IMG/VR virus record: IMGVR_UViG_3300043466_002831
Coordinates: 121,364-137,752 of that record
Strand: one strand, 5' to 3'
DNA length: 16,389 nucleotides
From: a virus
Lineage: Duplodnaviria > Heunggongvirae > Uroviricota > Caudoviricetes
Of the stretch, positions 15,347 to 16,389 are shown one piece after another (within the stretch, counting starts at the first letter, position 1; the number at the start of each line of letters is the position of its first letter). Position numbers and translations under genes: made by a program. The notes under the pieces are model-generated. The model saw only the letters and a program-made list of their open reading frames with translations. It was not told the DNA's origin and ran no database searches.

Positions 15347-15448
15347 ATGAGAACAACAATGGTCCATATTTCGTCGTTTAAGCAACAAGAGATTTGTAGC
15401 TGGTATCGCTATGTGGAAAATTGTAGTTCGGAAAATAAGGTAAAATAA
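15347..15448 (+). CDS. Putative attenuator leader peptide 2 (33 aa)
   Basis: MRTTMVHISSFKQQEICSWYRYVENCSSENKVK*; AGTTCGG (15425-31) is complementary to terminator arm CCGAACT (15478-84); TTGACA-N16-TATACT upstream (15300-15327). Confidence 0.75.
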   Translation: MRTTMVHISSFKQQEICSWYRYVENCSSENKVK

Positions 15449-15472
15449 CAAGTTAGAAATAACAATAAGGTT

Positions 15473-15511
15473 AAACCCCGAACTTCTAAAAAAAGTTTGG
15501 GGTTTTTTTTT
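15473..15511 (+). terminator. Attenuator terminator 2
   Basis: AAACCCCGAACTT-CTAAAAA-AAGTTTGGGGTTT followed by T6. Confidence 0.9.
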
Positions 15512-15570
15512 ACCCGATAGTGCAAGATTAGAAAAAAGTTTTTATCTTTGTACCATCAAACAGAATGAGA

Positions 15571-15582
15571 GTGTTCTTTGAC
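15571..15582 (+). promoter_or_regulatory. boxA-like antitermination element
   Basis: GTGTTCTTTGAC, second identical copy; after TATCTTTG (15543-50) and before tRNA-Val. Confidence 0.65.
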
Positions 15583-15599
15583 ATGTTGGAAACCAAAAT

Positions 15600-15671
15600 A
15601 GTCCTTTAACTCAGCGGTAGAGTTCTTGCCTTACATGCAAGCGGTCGTAGGTTCGAATCCTACAGGGACTA
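15600..15671 (+). tRNA. tRNA-Val (TAC)
   Basis: Cloverleaf, loop CTTACAT. Confidence 0.95.
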
Positions 15672-15678
15672 CATAAAT

Positions 15679-15750
15679 GGTCGGTTCATCTAGGGGTCAG
15701 GATTCAAGGTTTTCATCCTTGCCACACGGGTTCGAATCCCGTACCGACTA
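15679..15750 (+). tRNA. tRNA-Glu (TTC)
   Basis: Cloverleaf, loop TTTTCAT. Confidence 0.95.
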
Positions 15751-15760
15751 CAAAAAAAGA

Positions 15761-15792
15761 TTTGGTAGATTGAAATAATCTACTTATCTTTG
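15761..15792 (+). promoter_or_regulatory. Bacteroidota-type promoter
   Basis: TTTG-N20-TATCTTTG, directly upstream of a non-coding structured segment. Confidence 0.8.
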
Positions 15793-15799
15793 TAAAACA

Positions 15800-16046
15800 T
15801 TGATAGTGGTTTTCCCCACCCAATGGATGTCGACAATCCAGGGTGGAATCGGAATTCATCACCCTTTCTGCCGAGGCCTCGTAAAACTACGATTAAGCAG
15901 TTAAGATTGGAGCGAGATGGGTACTCCTTCACTATCTCTAATTTGTGTTGTTCCCTTGAGAAAGGAATGAAATAGTCTGATGGGTATATAAACTTTACAA
16001 TGGGGTATATACACATTTGCACAACACGGAGGGGTTCTCACCCTCA
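15800..16046 (+). ncRNA. Candidate ~250-nt structured RNA of unknown family
   Basis: Own promoter; multiple helices; no long + strand ORF. Confidence 0.55.
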
Positions 16047-16051
16047 AATTT

Positions 16052-16124
16052 GGTGTGATAGCTCAGTAGGTAGAGCAATGGACTGAAAATCCATGTGCCG
16101 CAAGTTCGATTCTTGCTCATACCA
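16052..16124 (+). tRNA. tRNA-Phe (GAA)
   Basis: Cloverleaf, loop CTGAAAA. Confidence 0.95.
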
Positions 16125-16199
16125 CGGAGTCCTGAAATAACAGGAAACCCCCACTCCCATATGGCAGCCAGTCCATTAACCTGGTGAAGTGGGGTAGAT

Positions 16200-16332
16200 A
16201 GTCAAGTGGACGTAATGCGGGATGGTACCCAAGTCCGAAAAACACTACTGTCCATAACCATTTGGACGAGAGAAGTTATAAGGTTGTCTAATCCGTCTTG
16301 AACGGTATTCGGTTCGAGTCCGACCTTGACTA
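16200..16332 (+). ncRNA. tRNA-like RNA with an expanded core and no canonical anticodon arm
   Basis: Acceptor AGTCAAG/CTTGACT, T arm TCGG-TTCGAGT-CCGA, D-like GGAC/GTCC; 133 nt. Confidence 0.7.
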
Positions 16333-16341
16333 CAAAAAAAT

Positions 16342-16372
16342 TTTGGCAGTTTGAAAAATTGTTGTATCTTTG
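16342..16372 (+). promoter_or_regulatory. Bacteroidota-type promoter for the next (truncated) gene
   Basis: TTTG-N19-TATCTTTG, ATG at 16378. Confidence 0.8.
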
Positions 16373-16389
16373 ACCTATGAAAACGAGAG

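Noticed and set aside
15838-15852. T-box-like AGGGTGGAATC
   Set aside because: Only ~40 nt upstream, so no room for stem I or the specifier loop, and no terminator follows
15969-15984. Hammerhead-like GAAA...CTGATG
   Set aside because: Too little sequence between the motifs for stems I and III, and CUGANGA is imperfect
1-16389. CRISPR array, stop-codon reassignment or suppressor tRNA, rRNA
   Set aside because: No spaced direct repeats; genes are intact and densely packed under code 11; no CUA/UUA/UCA anticodon found; no rRNA signatures

Overview
AT-rich phage-like window, most consistent with a large (jumbo/huge) phage of a Bacteroidota host. Support: repeated TTTG-N19/20-TAnnTTTG promoters, A-rich starts without obvious Shine-Dalgarno sites, a Bacteroidota-type ClpP and lipoproteins. 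Left part (1-2.6 kb, minus strand): accessory genes including a P-loop polynucleotide-kinase-like protein, a calcineurin-like phosphoesterase and a DenV-like glycosylase. Middle (2.6-8.2 kb, plus strand): acidic or hypothetical genes preceded by a TATTTAT motif, probably late/virion genes. Next come clpP, an HNH nuclease and a cyclic-phosphate-processing receiver protein. From 11.2 kb to the end is a tRNA array: 14 tRNAs, one tRNA-like RNA, an HNH homing endonuclease, a DUF6915/DUF6878-like pair and several unexplained structured non-coding segments. Main observation: two short leader ORFs (11641-11724 and 15347-15448) are each followed by an intrinsic terminator whose 5' arm is complementary to the leader's distal codons, which is attenuator architecture. 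Each is followed by a boxA-like element and tRNA genes. The leader codons match the amino acids of the downstream tRNAs, and the two leaders together cover all 20 amino acids. This suggests a phage system that senses tRNA shortage and switches on its own tRNA operons. All calls are by eye; no database searches or folding programs were run.
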